Shown: positions 53,992 to 63,742 of the stretch, piece by piece
Numbering within the stretch: the first letter of the stretch is position 1
How the letters are laid out: every line of letters starts with the position of its first letter
Source: Pseudomonadota bacterium
GTDB taxonomy: Bacteria; Myxococcota; JACRCW01; JAFGSX01
DNA length: 64,000 nt
Direction of reading: 5' to 3'
Assembly (NCBI GenBank): GCA_043821645.1
Contig: JBDRCO010000101.1
Coordinates: 10,204 to 74,203 of the forward strand
Notes under the pieces: generated by a model
The model's input: only the letters and a program-made list of their open reading frames with translations
Databases searched by the model: none
Told to the model about the DNA's origin: nothing
Position numbers and translations under genes: made by a program

Positions 53992-55185
53992 GTGTTCGTC
54001 GACTTCTTCTTCACCCTGCGCGAGCGCGGTGTGCCGGCGACGCCGACGTCGTTTCTGCGCCTGCAGCAAGCCCTCGCCAGCGGGCTGGTGACCTCGATCG
54101 ACGAGTTCTATGTGGCCGCCCGGGCCATCCTGATCAAGAGCGAGCGCTTCTTCGACCTGTATGACCAGGTGTTTGCCGAGCGCTTCCGCGGCGCGACGGT
54201 GCGGCCCGCCCGCGATCTCGAGATCGATGAGGCCGTACGTGCTTTGCTCGAGCAGTGGTTGCAGCGGCGGGACGAGCTGGCCCAGGTGCTGGGCGTGGAC
54301 CCGTCGACCCTGCAGGCCATGACGCCCGACGAGCTGGTCCGCTACTTTCGCGAGCGACTGCTCGAGCAGACCGAGGCCCACGAGGGCGGCGCCTTCTGGA
54401 TAGGCACCGGCGGGACCTCCCCGGTGGGACACTCCGGTTTTCATCCAGGCGGCATGCGGGTGGGAGGGCAGGGTGGCAATCTGTCCGCCGTCAAGGTGGC
54501 CCTGGATCGACGCTACAAGGACTACGCCCGCGATCGCTCGCTGGTCGATGTGCCCCTGGGCGAGGCGCTGAAGAGGCTCCGGAACATGGTTCCCAGCGGG
54601 CCGCGCGATCAGGTCGACATCGACGGGACGATCCGCGAGACCCTGCGCCAGGCCGGTGAGATCGAGATCGCGTTTGAACGGAGCCTCAAGAACCGCCTGC
54701 AGGTCGTGGTTGCCATCGACAACGGGGGCTGGTCGATGTACCCCTACATCCCCGTCGTGCAGCGCCTGTTTGGTGCAGCGCGGGCACAGTTTCGCGATGT
54801 CCGGTTCCTGTACTTTCACAACACGGTCTACGACAGCTTGTGGGAAGACCCCACGCGCATGCGCAAGCCGGTGCGCGTCGTGGATCTGCCGCGGTGGGAG
54901 CCGGACTGCCGCTGGATCTTCATCGGCGATGCCAGCATGGCGCCCTACGAACTGTTCGAGCCCGATGGATCCATCACGTTCGAGGCCAGCTCGCCCATCC
55001 GATCGCTGGACCGCCTGCAGGGGATCGCCGACCACTTTCAACGCGCTGTGTGGCTCAATCCCCGGCGTGCCGAGCACTGGGCCTACACGGAGAGCATTGC
55101 GGCGATCCGGGGCATCTTTCCGATGTACGAATTGACCCTGGATGGCCTCGAAGAAGCGGTCACTGAACTCATGAAAAAACAATAA
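53992..55185 (+). CDS. VWA-domain protein (CoxE-like partner of the MoxR ATPase).
   Basis: GTG start 4 nt after the MoxR stop. Central VWA/MIDAS-like region ('VVVAIDNGGWSM') and an overall CoxE/DUF444-like layout. Confidence 0.65.
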   Translation: MFVDFFFTLRERGVPATPTSFLRLQQALASGLVTSIDEFYVAARAILIKSERFFDLYDQVFAERFRGATVRPARDLEIDEAVRALLEQWLQRRDELAQVLGVDPSTLQAMTPDELVRYFRERLLEQTEAHEGGAFWIGTGGTSPVGHSGFHPGGMRVGGQGGNLSAVKVALDRRYKDYARDRSLVDVPLGEALKRLRNMVPSGPRDQVDIDGTIRETLRQAGEIEIAFERSLKNRLQVVVAIDNGGWSMYPYIPVVQRLFGAARAQFRDVRFLYFHNTVYDSLWEDPTRMRKPVRVVDLPRWEPDCRWIFIGDASMAPYELFEPDGSITFEASSPIRSLDRLQGIADHFQRAVWLNPRRAEHWAYTESIAAIRGIFPMYELTLDGLEEAVTELMKKQ

Positions 55186-55381
55186 AAACAGTCAGATATA
55201 GAATTCGACCAGCCCCGGTGAACAACGCTTGTGCTCCGCTACCAGAAAGCTATGGTTCGAGGCGCTTGCCACACCAGGTCCCTACGGGGGGACCTGCGAT
55301 TATGTCGGAATATGCCGTCAGCGTGTGGTGAGACAACGGGAAGCTGCAAGGCGCAGCTTAGAGACTGGGAGTAAGAGCAAG

Positions 55382-55690
55382 ATGTCGAAGAAGCTGTATG
55401 TTGGAAATCTGGCTTGGGGAACGACCGACAGTGGGTTGCAGCAGGCCTTCGGGCAGTTCGGGGAGGTGACCGAAGCGGTCGTCGTGATGGACCGCGAATC
55501 GGGCCGTTCGCGCGGCTTCGGTTTCGTCACGTTCTCGGATGACGGCGCGGCCATGGAAGCGGTCAATCAGATGAACGGCACCGCGCTGGACGGCCGGAAC
55601 ATCAAGGTCAACGAGGCCAACGAGCGGCCGCCTCGCGGCGGTGGCGGCGGCGGCGGCGGCGGCGGTGGTGGCCGGCGCGAGCGCTGGTAG
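55382..55690 (+). CDS. Glycine-rich RNA-binding protein (RRM domain).
   Basis: RNP2 'LYVGNL', RNP1 'RGFGFVTF' and a C-terminal 'PPRGGGGGGGGGGGGRRERW' Gly tract. Followed by a strong intrinsic terminator. Confidence 0.85.
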   Translation: MSKKLYVGNLAWGTTDSGLQQAFGQFGEVTEAVVVMDRESGRSRGFGFVTFSDDGAAMEAVNQMNGTALDGRNIKVNEANERPPRGGGGGGGGGGGGRRERW

Positions 55691-55712
55691 TTCTCTCTCG
55701 TGATAGTAGAAA

Positions 55713-55741
55713 GCGGCGCCCCTGGTGGGCGCCGTTTTTTT
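55713..55741 (+). terminator. Rho-independent terminator after the RRM gene.
   Basis: An 8-bp GC stem CGGCGCCC (55714-55721) / GGGCGCCG (55727-55734), loop CTGGT, then seven T (55735-55741). It lies between convergent genes. Confidence 0.8.
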
Positions 55742-57404
55742 ATCTGCTGTCGAGCTCGACCAGCCGTGATCCGGCCGCGGGGACGACGATCGTGTCACCT
55801 CCTTTGGGGCTGACGAGAACGGGTGCTCGCTGCCCACTGCGGAGCGACTCCCGGCCTGGACGAGCGCAGGTCGCACGCGTCGTGCCCAGATTGTGGATCA
55901 CCAGGACCGATCCTGACGTGTGGCCGCGCACGAAGGCCAGGACCTGGGGTCCGCAGTCCACCCAGCGCAAGCTGCCCTGACGCAGCGCCGGGAGGCGTCG
56001 CCGCTCTGCGATCCAGTGCCGCACCGCACTCCAGCTCGACGCCGCATCCTGAAGCTGGCTCGCCCTGGGCGCTCCACCGAGCACCGGGCCGGTGGATGTC
56101 CAGTCCGCTGTGGACGTGCCGTCGTCACCCCAGGGGAAAGGCGTGCGCTGTGCCAGATCGCCCGGAGCGTCGCTGCCGAGCATGCCCAGCTCGTCGCCGT
56201 AGTAGATCACGGGTGTTCCAGGCAGGCTGAGCAGGATGGCGTGCGCCAGGGACAAGCGCGCCGAATCCGCGCCCAGGCGTCTGGCCAGCCGCGGCAGGTC
56301 GTGGTTGCCGGCGAAGGTGGCGTCGATGCTCTGGTTCGCATAGCTCGCCTGAGCCTCGTCAACGACCGCGCGAAGGGCCGCCGGATCCGCGTCGCGCACG
56401 GCCTGCTCGATGGCGCGGGCGAGGGGGAAGTTGAAGGCGCCGTCGAGGCCGGGGGGGCCGCCATCGTCGCTGCCCAGGTAGCGCGCGATGGTCTGTGTGT
56501 CGGACCACACCTCGCCCAGCAGCAGCGCGGCGGGGAAGCGCTGGTGGAGCTGCCTGCCGAAGCGCCGCCACCAGTGCAGGGTTTCGGGCTGATCACTCTG
56601 ACCCGCGCCACTTCCGTGCGCGATCAGGTGTCGCGCGGCATCGAGCCGGAAGCCGTCGACACCGCGCCGCAACCAGGCTGCTGCCACGTCGAGCAGCTCG
56701 CGTTCCACCTGCGGGTTTTCGAGGTTGAGATCCGGCATCCCTGGTGAGAACAGGCCGTGGTACCAGCCCGTGCTGCGCTGGTGCCAGCTCGGCGCGGTGC
56801 TCCAGGGTTGCACCCAGCCCGGATCCTGATCGCGCCACAGGTACCAGTCGCGGCGGGCGTTGTCGGTGGAGGCTGCGGATTCGCGAAACCAGGGGTGCTG
56901 ATCGCTGGTGTGGTTGAGCACCAGGTCCACGACGATCCGCAAGCCGCGCTGGTGAGCCGCCTGGATCAGGGCCTCGAAGTCGTCGAGCGTCCCCAGGGCC
57001 GGAGCCACGGAGCGATAGTCGGTGACGTCGTAGCCATGATCGCTGCTCGCAGCGAACACGGGCATGAGCCACAGCGCATCCACCTCGAGGTCGTCGCCGG
57101 AGCCTGGACTGCCATCGTTGAGGGCATCCAGATGTTCGCGCAGGCCATTGAGATCGCCCAGTCCGTCCCCGTCGCTGTCCGCAAAGGAACGCACGAAGAC
57201 CTCGTAGAACACGGCGCCGCGAGCCCAGTTTCGCCCTGTGTCGGCGCTCGCCGTATCGGAACCGATGGCCTCGCGGGCCGGTGCATGCTGGCACGCCGCG
57301 AGGATAATGAGCGTCAGGACGGCAGCAGATCCCACATCCTTTGGGTGGCCAATCCTTCCAGGCGGAGCGGAGCGAGTGGGGCCCGGATGGGTGCGCAACA
57401 GCAT
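55740..57404 (-). CDS. GH13 alpha-amylase-family glycoside hydrolase, lipoprotein.
   Basis: Lipobox 'LTLIILAAC'. GH13 regions 'DLVLNHTS', 'GVDGFRLDAARHL', 'EVWSD' and 'FAGNHDLPRL'. N-terminal 'GAVFYEVFVRSFADSDGDGLGDLNGL'. Confidence 0.8.
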   Translation of the reverse strand: MLLRTHPGPTRSAPPGRIGHPKDVGSAAVLTLIILAACQHAPAREAIGSDTASADTGRNWARGAVFYEVFVRSFADSDGDGLGDLNGLREHLDALNDGSPGSGDDLEVDALWLMPVFAASSDHGYDVTDYRSVAPALGTLDDFEALIQAAHQRGLRIVVDLVLNHTSDQHPWFRESAASTDNARRDWYLWRDQDPGWVQPWSTAPSWHQRSTGWYHGLFSPGMPDLNLENPQVERELLDVAAAWLRRGVDGFRLDAARHLIAHGSGAGQSDQPETLHWWRRFGRQLHQRFPAALLLGEVWSDTQTIARYLGSDDGGPPGLDGAFNFPLARAIEQAVRDADPAALRAVVDEAQASYANQSIDATFAGNHDLPRLARRLGADSARLSLAHAILLSLPGTPVIYYGDELGMLGSDAPGDLAQRTPFPWGDDGTSTADWTSTGPVLGGAPRASQLQDAASSWSAVRHWIAERRRLPALRQGSLRWVDCGPQVLAFVRGHTSGSVLVIHNLGTTRATCARPGRESLRSGQRAPVLVSPKGGDTIVVPAAGSRLVELDSR

Positions 57405-57412
57405 CGCCAGGC

Positions 57413-57877
57413 TCAGAGAATGTCCAGCAGCTCGACATCGAACACCAGCGTGCCGGCCGGAGCCCCTGGGCGGCTGGGCCGCTCTCCATAGGCCAGGCGC
57501 GCCGGAATCCAGAATCGCCTGCGCTCACCCACGACCATCAGCTGCACGCCCTCGGTCCAGCCCGGGATCACTCGGTCGAGGGGAAAGGCGACGGGCTCTC
57601 CGCGCGCCACCGAGCTGTCGAACATGCGGCCATCCACGGTCCAGCCGGTGTAGTGCACGCGCACGGTGTCCGTTGCTGTGGGGTGATTGTGTCCGGTGCC
57701 GGGGCGCAGGATGCGAGAAGCCAGGCCCGAGGGTGTGCGCTCGGCATCGGCAGGTGCAGCCGCGACGTCGTCAGGTGCGGGAATGGGCGTCGCGGGTGTG
57801 GAACTCGCGCGTGGCGAGACGCAGGCTGTGGAGGCAAACACCGAGCTGGCCAGGAGGAGACCGGTGAGCTGTCGCAT
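57413..57877 (-). CDS. FKBP-type peptidyl-prolyl cis-trans isomerase, lipoprotein.
   Basis: Signal 'MRQLTGLLLASSVFASTAC' with a lipobox. FKBP core 'VRVHYTGWTVDGRMFDSS...GEPVAFPLDRVIPGWTEG...GERRRFWIPARLAYG...GTLVFDVELLDI'. Lies 8 bp upstream of the amylase gene. Confidence 0.8.
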   Translation of the reverse strand: MRQLTGLLLASSVFASTACVSPRASSTPATPIPAPDDVAAAPADAERTPSGLASRILRPGTGHNHPTATDTVRVHYTGWTVDGRMFDSSVARGEPVAFPLDRVIPGWTEGVQLMVVGERRRFWIPARLAYGERPSRPGAPAGTLVFDVELLDIL

Positions 57878-58068
57878 GGACAGGCTGTAGCACGCCGTGC
57901 GCGTCCTGGCGAGACAGGCCTGGTACACACGTCAGCGTCGGCAAGGGCGCGCTTGACCGTGCCAGCAGCGGTGTGCGACCGTCCCTTGAATCGTGAACGC
58001 TGGATCCCGGACACCCGCCACAGAGACCCTGTGCGGTATTCCTGTCCGGGCAGGTGGAGGGCTTGCTC

Positions 58069-61000
58069 ATGCGGCACATTGGAATGACCCCGGTCTCGAC
58101 ACTCGGCCTGCTGGCCGTCCTGGCATTGCCTCGCTGTGACTGTGGTGGCGAGTCCAGCACCGTCAACAAGGAGTACTGCAGCAAGCTCGGGCTCGAGTTC
58201 AAGGAGAAGGACGGCACCGGTTACTGCTTCCAGAAGGGCGAGACCGTCCTGGTCAACGTGGACTGCAGCAATGCCTCCGAGACGACTCCCTGCGACGACG
58301 GGGACGCCTGCACCTTCGGGGATCACTGCGACCCGGGGAGCGGCACCTGCGCGGGTACGCCACTGACGGGTGTCGACGACCAGAACCCCTGCACCGAGGA
58401 CCGTTGCGATCCGGCCACCGGGGAGATCGTGTTCGACCCGCTGCCGCTCGACGGCGACAGCTGCGATGACGCCGACCCCTGCAGTAACAACGACATCTGC
58501 CAGAATGGGACCTGCGCTGGCACCTACACCATCGACCGTAATGGCAACACCATCGACGACGGGGATGCCTGCACCCGCGATTTCTGCGACGCCACGGGCA
58601 CGCGTCAGAACGCGCCATACACGCCGGCCGAGGCTGCTGCGGCCGGGCTGGGTGGGATCACCTCTGCCCAGGTCGGCAACCCCTGTCTGCAGTACGCGTG
58701 CGTCGTGGGGACCGGGGCGACCCCGGCCATGACCCCCCTCGCCGACGACACGAGCTGCGCCGATCCGGCCCAGGGGCGAGGCAACGGACCCTGCGTGGCG
58801 TGGACCTGTCAGAGCAGCCAGTGCGTGTCCACCGTCGATGAGGAATCCGTGGCCACCGCTCCCCCCACGGGTGGCCAGACCTTGCACCCCGACTGCCGAA
58901 TGCGGGAGTGCGACACCCGGACCGGTCAGGTCGTGTTCGTGCCAGACCCGCGCACCGTGGATGCGGCCTGCGACGATGGGAACTCGTGCAGCTTCGACGA
59001 CGCGTGTGGCGTGGACGGCATGTGCAGCGGGCTCGAGCTGGCGCATGGCACGGCCTGCGACGACGAGAATCCCTGCACCGTGGGTGACTACTGCCACATG
59101 TTCACGTGCCGTTCTGGTCAGGACCGTCTGGCCCTCGCCAACGAGTTGAAGATCACCCCCCCGGATGCGCTCAATACCTACCGCGATCCTGCGGGGATCC
59201 TGGCTGCGGGCAATCCCTGTGCGGCCTACGCCTGTGACCCCTCGCGCGGCGTGATCGTGAGCAACGCGGCAGACGGCACGACCTGCGACGACGGCAATCC
59301 CTGCACGACCTCGTCTACTTGCCACGGTGGGCTGTGCGAAGGTGAGCGCAACGCTCTCAATGACACGGTGCCATGCCCCAACCCGCAGAACGAGTGTGAG
59401 ACCGGAACCTGCGACAAGGGCGTCTGCCTCAATTTCCAGCCGGTGACGACGCAACGCGCGTGCACGGGACTGGATGCCTGCCGTCGCTACCGCTGCGAGG
59501 ATGTGGCGGGTGTCGGCACGTGTCGCGACTTCGAGAACGTGCCAGACAGCCCTCAGGTGATCTGCTCCAACGCCCTCGAGTGCGTCGTCGGCTACTGTGT
59601 AGGGGGGATCTGCACCTCCCAGATGAACGCACTGGATGGGCAGGCCTGCGAGGGGACGCCAGCCCTGGACCTGCGCTGCAACGCACCGACGTGCAGCAAT
59701 GGAAACTGCCAGGCCAACCCACTGGCCCTGGACACAGCCTGCGCCCTGACCCTGGACGATCTGACCGCGGCCGGGCTCTCCGTGGTGGACCTGGCGTGCA
59801 ACCAGGGCAGTTGCCAGGGCTCGCCGCGGGCCTGCACACCGACCCCGGTCAATGCCGATGGACCCTGCAACAACAACAATCCCTGCGACGGCGTCGACTG
59901 GTGCCAGACCATGGGGTCCTACGGGCGTTGCATGGAGAAGTTCACCAGCGACGATCCGACCGCCGCGGCACCGCCGGATCCCTCGTGCACCAACAACCCA
60001 GGGAGCTGCTTCGACAATACCGTGCCCCTGGCCTCGGGGGCGCAGCCCTGCGACCTGGACGGCGATCCGTCGACGGTCGGTCGCTGTCGTTACACCGGCG
60101 AGTGCATCGAGATCAGCCAGGTGGTCGACGACGAGAACGACTGCACTACGCCTGAGTGGAACGACACCACAGGTGCGGTGGAACTCACCCAGCGGCCCAA
60201 CGGCGTGCCCTGCCACGTCGTCGGTATCAACCCCTGCATCGAGAACCGTGGAGTCTGCATCGACGGGACCTACCACACCAACCCCATGCCCGACGGTTCA
60301 AGCTGCGACCTGGTGGACCAGGCCGTGCCCGACATCAGCGATCTTCCCGCCGGTCACGCGCTCGAGTGCTACAACGAGGTCTGCGTGGGAGGCCTCTGTG
60401 TCATCGATACCTCCCTGCGCAACGGGGCGGACTGCGCGGACAGCGAGACGACCTGTACCGAGCGCGGCGCGTGCCAGAACGGCGCCTGTGTCGAGAGCAC
60501 GGTCCCCCGTGGCTACGGTGAGACCTGCTCGCCGACCGGGAGTGCCTCGATCGTCGATCGCGAGGGTTCGGCCATCGCGGCCAAGGATGTGCCGTGCTGG
60601 GTGGCCTTCGAATGCTCCGAGACCGGTTCGTGCACGGTGGCCATGACCAAGGCCGCCCAGGGGACACCCTGCGACTTCACCCAGGACGGGGACATGTGTG
60701 ATGGGCAGTGCAACGAGGGCATCTGCAACGCCCATCCCTGGGACAGCAGCAATGTTCTGGCCAACCTGTCCTGCGACGACGACAACGCGTGCACGGTGGA
60801 CCAGTGCAACGGTGCGGGCAACTGCAACAACACCGCGCGCAATGATGGTCCTGCGCCCGGTCTGTGCCAGGGCCAGGATCCGACCAATGGCTGCCGCAGC
60901 CTCGAGTGTCGCAGCGGTGCCTGTGTGGGAATCGACAACAACAACACCTGCGACGACGGAAATGCCTGCACGCTCAACGACCGATGCAACAACGGGGTCT

Positions 61001-63630
61001 GTGCGAGTTCGACCTTTGCCCCGGCGGGGATGGCCTGCGGAGACCCGGATTCCGATGACGATTGTCGTCGAAGTGTGTGTGACAACAACGGCCAGTGCTC
61101 GGGCATCGAGGACGAGGGAAATGGATCGCCCTGCGACACCTCGGATCCCTGCAGTCGCTGGTTCTGCCAGGGTGGGCAGTGTGTGCACCAGGGGCCCGGT
61201 CAGCAGATGCCCGACGGCACCAACTGCGATACCAACGACATTCCCTGCGATGAGGCCTGCCTGGATCTCGACGGTCCGCTGGGCGTCGGGGTGTCGGAGT
61301 GCCGGCCCTTCAGCAACTTCATCGGCCTGATGCCTGCCAAGGTCATGGCTGCCAACGGTAACCCTGTCGACGACACGGGAAGCGAGGAGATCGCGTGTCG
61401 CACAATGTACGACCCGACCTTTGATCCGCAGGTCGCCAATCCCGAGCTCTCGGGTCACAGCTGTGCGCGCTACCTCTGCTACTACGGGGCGTGTCGGCCC
61501 TGGGACGCCGAGCTTCCCTCGGGTCTGCAAGCGGCTGCTGCCAATGCGTATGGCAACAGCCCGGAGGTCCCGGCCAATCCGAGCGATGGACGGTCCTGCG
61601 GCGAATCTGGTGAGTGCACCTCGCAGGGCATCTGCCGGGACAACATCTGCCTGAGCTACCACCTCGACAACGATGGTCAGCTGTGCAGCGCGCCGCGCTG
61701 CGTGGCAGGCACCGAGGAGGTGATGCAGCCCATTTGCGAGGCGGGCGCCTGTGGCGACGCCAGCACACTGGTGGACACCTGCAGCAAGGGTCTGGCAGCG
61801 TGCTCGGGCAACGGCTGCAAGGGCGAGGACTGCGACCTGCTGTGTGCGTCCACGACCTTCGACTACGTCAATGTGTTCGAAGACATCAGTCTCCTGGGCG
61901 GAACGCCCCGGGCAGCCGATCTGCGCAGCCCCCTGGATGCCCTGCAGACCTGCGGAGTCTTTGGCGTAAATGCCCCCCGTACGGAGCAGCAGCGCATGGC
62001 CTGTGACGACGGATCAGTATTGCTCGACCTGCAGACGGACCTCGGGTTCGGAAACCCGGCTGGTGATGGAGATGGATTCTGGTACTACAACAGGCGCTTC
62101 CGCTACATCTCGATCTCGGCCAACGGCACCGTGCTGTTGCACAAGGATCATCCGACCAGTCTGACCCGCGCCGAGGAGACATTGTTCGTCGCAGGGAATG
62201 TCGGCGGAGCGGTCTTCGATCCCGATGCCCTGGATCAGCCGGGGGATCCCAGGAACAACGGTGAGGACGCCGCCCAGATCCGCGTGTTCCGCGATGACCT
62301 GACCTTGATCACGGACACCGACGCAGCGAACATCCCCTCGGATCCTCGTGTCGCCTACGGTGCTTTCGACCGCCTCGGTGAGATCTACACCAAGCACATG
62401 CCAGGCTCGGATGGCCAGCCCAACACCGGCGACGACTACCTCATCGTCCAGTGGAACGACCTTGGGTTCTATGGCTGCTCGCAATCTGTGGCCCAGCGCG
62501 CCCACATGACCTTCCAGCTCAAGTGGTGGCCGGTCTCGGGCATGATGGCCTTCGTCTACCCGCACACCGTGAACGATGACGGTCCCAGTGGAACGGACTG
62601 CCTGGTGGGCCGAGTCCACGGCTCGGACGCGGCCGTGGGCCTGGTCGATGAGAACGGAACGCCGGCCGACGAGGTGGGCACCAACCAGCTTGTCATCATC
62701 AACGACAGCGGTCCGAACACGGACCCCTTTGATGCCTACTATCTGTTCTGGCCCAGCGACTACCCGACCACGCACTATGGCTGGCGCACCATGCAGTGGT
62801 TCGATGACATCACCACCTACTCGCCCGCCCGGGGGGCCTCGGTGGGTACGCAACTGGACGAGGTGAGCAACTGCGACGATTGCTGCGAGCGCGTGGACCT
62901 GGCGCAGCCGCTGCGCATCGATGGGCAGCTGCGGGACTTCCTGTACGTGTGCGTCGACGGCTACGTGCACTTCGCTCCGCCCAGCGATCCGGATTTCATG
63001 GCGATGAGCAACAACTGCGGCGGTTTCGATCTGGTCTCGACCGGTTATCCGCCCTTCACGGTGGCACCGTTCTGGGCATCCTTCCGCAACAGCCGGAGCC
63101 CCAAGGCCAGGGTCCACGTGCTGGACGCCACCGTCGACGGGCAGAGGCAGGTCATCGTGCAGTGGAGCCATGCCGAGTACGCCGCACGAACTGGCCTGAT
63201 AGGCAACCTGCCGATGCGAAGCCAGGAACGGGGTGAGGCCCTGTGTAGCAACAACGCCGATGACGACGGGGACAACCGTGTCGACTGTGAGGATTCCAAC
63301 TGCACCTGCGCGGCAGCCTGTGGCGGCGAGGGGTGCGGCCTGACATTCCAGGTCGTGTTCCACGAGGGCCTGGGCTTCGTCGAGTTCCGTTATCTGGGCG
63401 ATGACTGGGAATACATGCACGCCGAGGCAAGCGTCAGTGGTGCCTCGATCGGTATCAAGCAGGGTAGCCTGGATAGGGGTGTGGACCTGCTGGACAACAG
63501 GAACGGCGGCGCTGCCATGCCGTGGTTCAGCAACCTCGACACCGCAGATGTCGACGAGCAGTGGCCTGGCCAGCAGCGCAGCATCCTGCTGCTCCAGCAG
63601 AGCCACTTCATGCCCTTCGCGCGGCACTGA
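58069..63630 (+). CDS. Giant (about 1850 aa) secreted Cys-rich protein with Dictyostelium-type CTDC repeats and a Cys-poor C-terminal domain of about 500 aa of unknown function.
   Basis: Signal 'MRHIGMTPVSTLGLLAVLALP'. Dozens of 'DDGNxCTxDxCxxxGxC' / 'NPCT(E/V)D' units through about residue 1300. The C-terminal region (roughly 61860-63630) lacks the repeats. Confidence 0.8.
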   Translation: MRHIGMTPVSTLGLLAVLALPRCDCGGESSTVNKEYCSKLGLEFKEKDGTGYCFQKGETVLVNVDCSNASETTPCDDGDACTFGDHCDPGSGTCAGTPLTGVDDQNPCTEDRCDPATGEIVFDPLPLDGDSCDDADPCSNNDICQNGTCAGTYTIDRNGNTIDDGDACTRDFCDATGTRQNAPYTPAEAAAAGLGGITSAQVGNPCLQYACVVGTGATPAMTPLADDTSCADPAQGRGNGPCVAWTCQSSQCVSTVDEESVATAPPTGGQTLHPDCRMRECDTRTGQVVFVPDPRTVDAACDDGNSCSFDDACGVDGMCSGLELAHGTACDDENPCTVGDYCHMFTCRSGQDRLALANELKITPPDALNTYRDPAGILAAGNPCAAYACDPSRGVIVSNAADGTTCDDGNPCTTSSTCHGGLCEGERNALNDTVPCPNPQNECETGTCDKGVCLNFQPVTTQRACTGLDACRRYRCEDVAGVGTCRDFENVPDSPQVICSNALECVVGYCVGGICTSQMNALDGQACEGTPALDLRCNAPTCSNGNCQANPLALDTACALTLDDLTAAGLSVVDLACNQGSCQGSPRACTPTPVNADGPCNNNNPCDGVDWCQTMGSYGRCMEKFTSDDPTAAAPPDPSCTNNPGSCFDNTVPLASGAQPCDLDGDPSTVGRCRYTGECIEISQVVDDENDCTTPEWNDTTGAVELTQRPNGVPCHVVGINPCIENRGVCIDGTYHTNPMPDGSSCDLVDQAVPDISDLPAGHALECYNEVCVGGLCVIDTSLRNGADCADSETTCTERGACQNGACVESTVPRGYGETCSPTGSASIVDREGSAIAAKDVPCWVAFECSETGSCTVAMTKAAQGTPCDFTQDGDMCDGQCNEGICNAHPWDSSNVLANLSCDDDNACTVDQCNGAGNCNNTARNDGPAPGLCQGQDPTNGCRSLECRSGACVGIDNNNTCDDGNACTLNDRCNNGVCASSTFAPAGMACGDPDSDDDCRRSVCDNNGQCSGIEDEGNGSPCDTSDPCSRWFCQGGQCVHQGPGQQMPDGTNCDTNDIPCDEACLDLDGPLGVGVSECRPFSNFIGLMPAKVMAANGNPVDDTGSEEIACRTMYDPTFDPQVANPELSGHSCARYLCYYGACRPWDAELPSGLQAAAANAYGNSPEVPANPSDGRSCGESGECTSQGICRDNICLSYHLDNDGQLCSAPRCVAGTEEVMQPICEAGACGDASTLVDTCSKGLAACSGNGCKGEDCDLLCASTTFDYVNVFEDISLLGGTPRAADLRSPLDALQTCGVFGVNAPRTEQQRMACDDGSVLLDLQTDLGFGNPAGDGDGFWYYNRRFRYISISANGTVLLHKDHPTSLTRAEETLFVAGNVGGAVFDPDALDQPGDPRNNGEDAAQIRVFRDDLTLITDTDAANIPSDPRVAYGAFDRLGEIYTKHMPGSDGQPNTGDDYLIVQWNDLGFYGCSQSVAQRAHMTFQLKWWPVSGMMAFVYPHTVNDDGPSGTDCLVGRVHGSDAAVGLVDENGTPADEVGTNQLVIINDSGPNTDPFDAYYLFWPSDYPTTHYGWRTMQWFDDITTYSPARGASVGTQLDEVSNCDDCCERVDLAQPLRIDGQLRDFLYVCVDGYVHFAPPSDPDFMAMSNNCGGFDLVSTGYPPFTVAPFWASFRNSRSPKARVHVLDATVDGQRQVIVQWSHAEYAARTGLIGNLPMRSQERGEALCSNNADDDGDNRVDCEDSNCTCAAACGGEGCGLTFQVVFHEGLGFVEFRYLGDDWEYMHAEASVSGASIGIKQGSLDRGVDLLDNRNGGAAMPWFSNLDTADVDEQWPGQQRSILLLQQSHFMPFARH

Positions 63631-63742
63631 TCCCGACCTGACGCGGTTCCCTCCTTCCATACGTGATCGATCTCGGGCTCGTCCCGCTCTGGCAACCGAC
63701 ACAGCTCCGGTCGCCCTTCTCTCCTATCCGTTCACCCAGGCA

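Noticed and set aside
57568-60276. A 902-aa minus-strand ORF, together with the 60298..61662 and 62014..63702 minus-strand ORFs.
   Set aside because: Antisense shadows of the giant CTDC-repeat gene.
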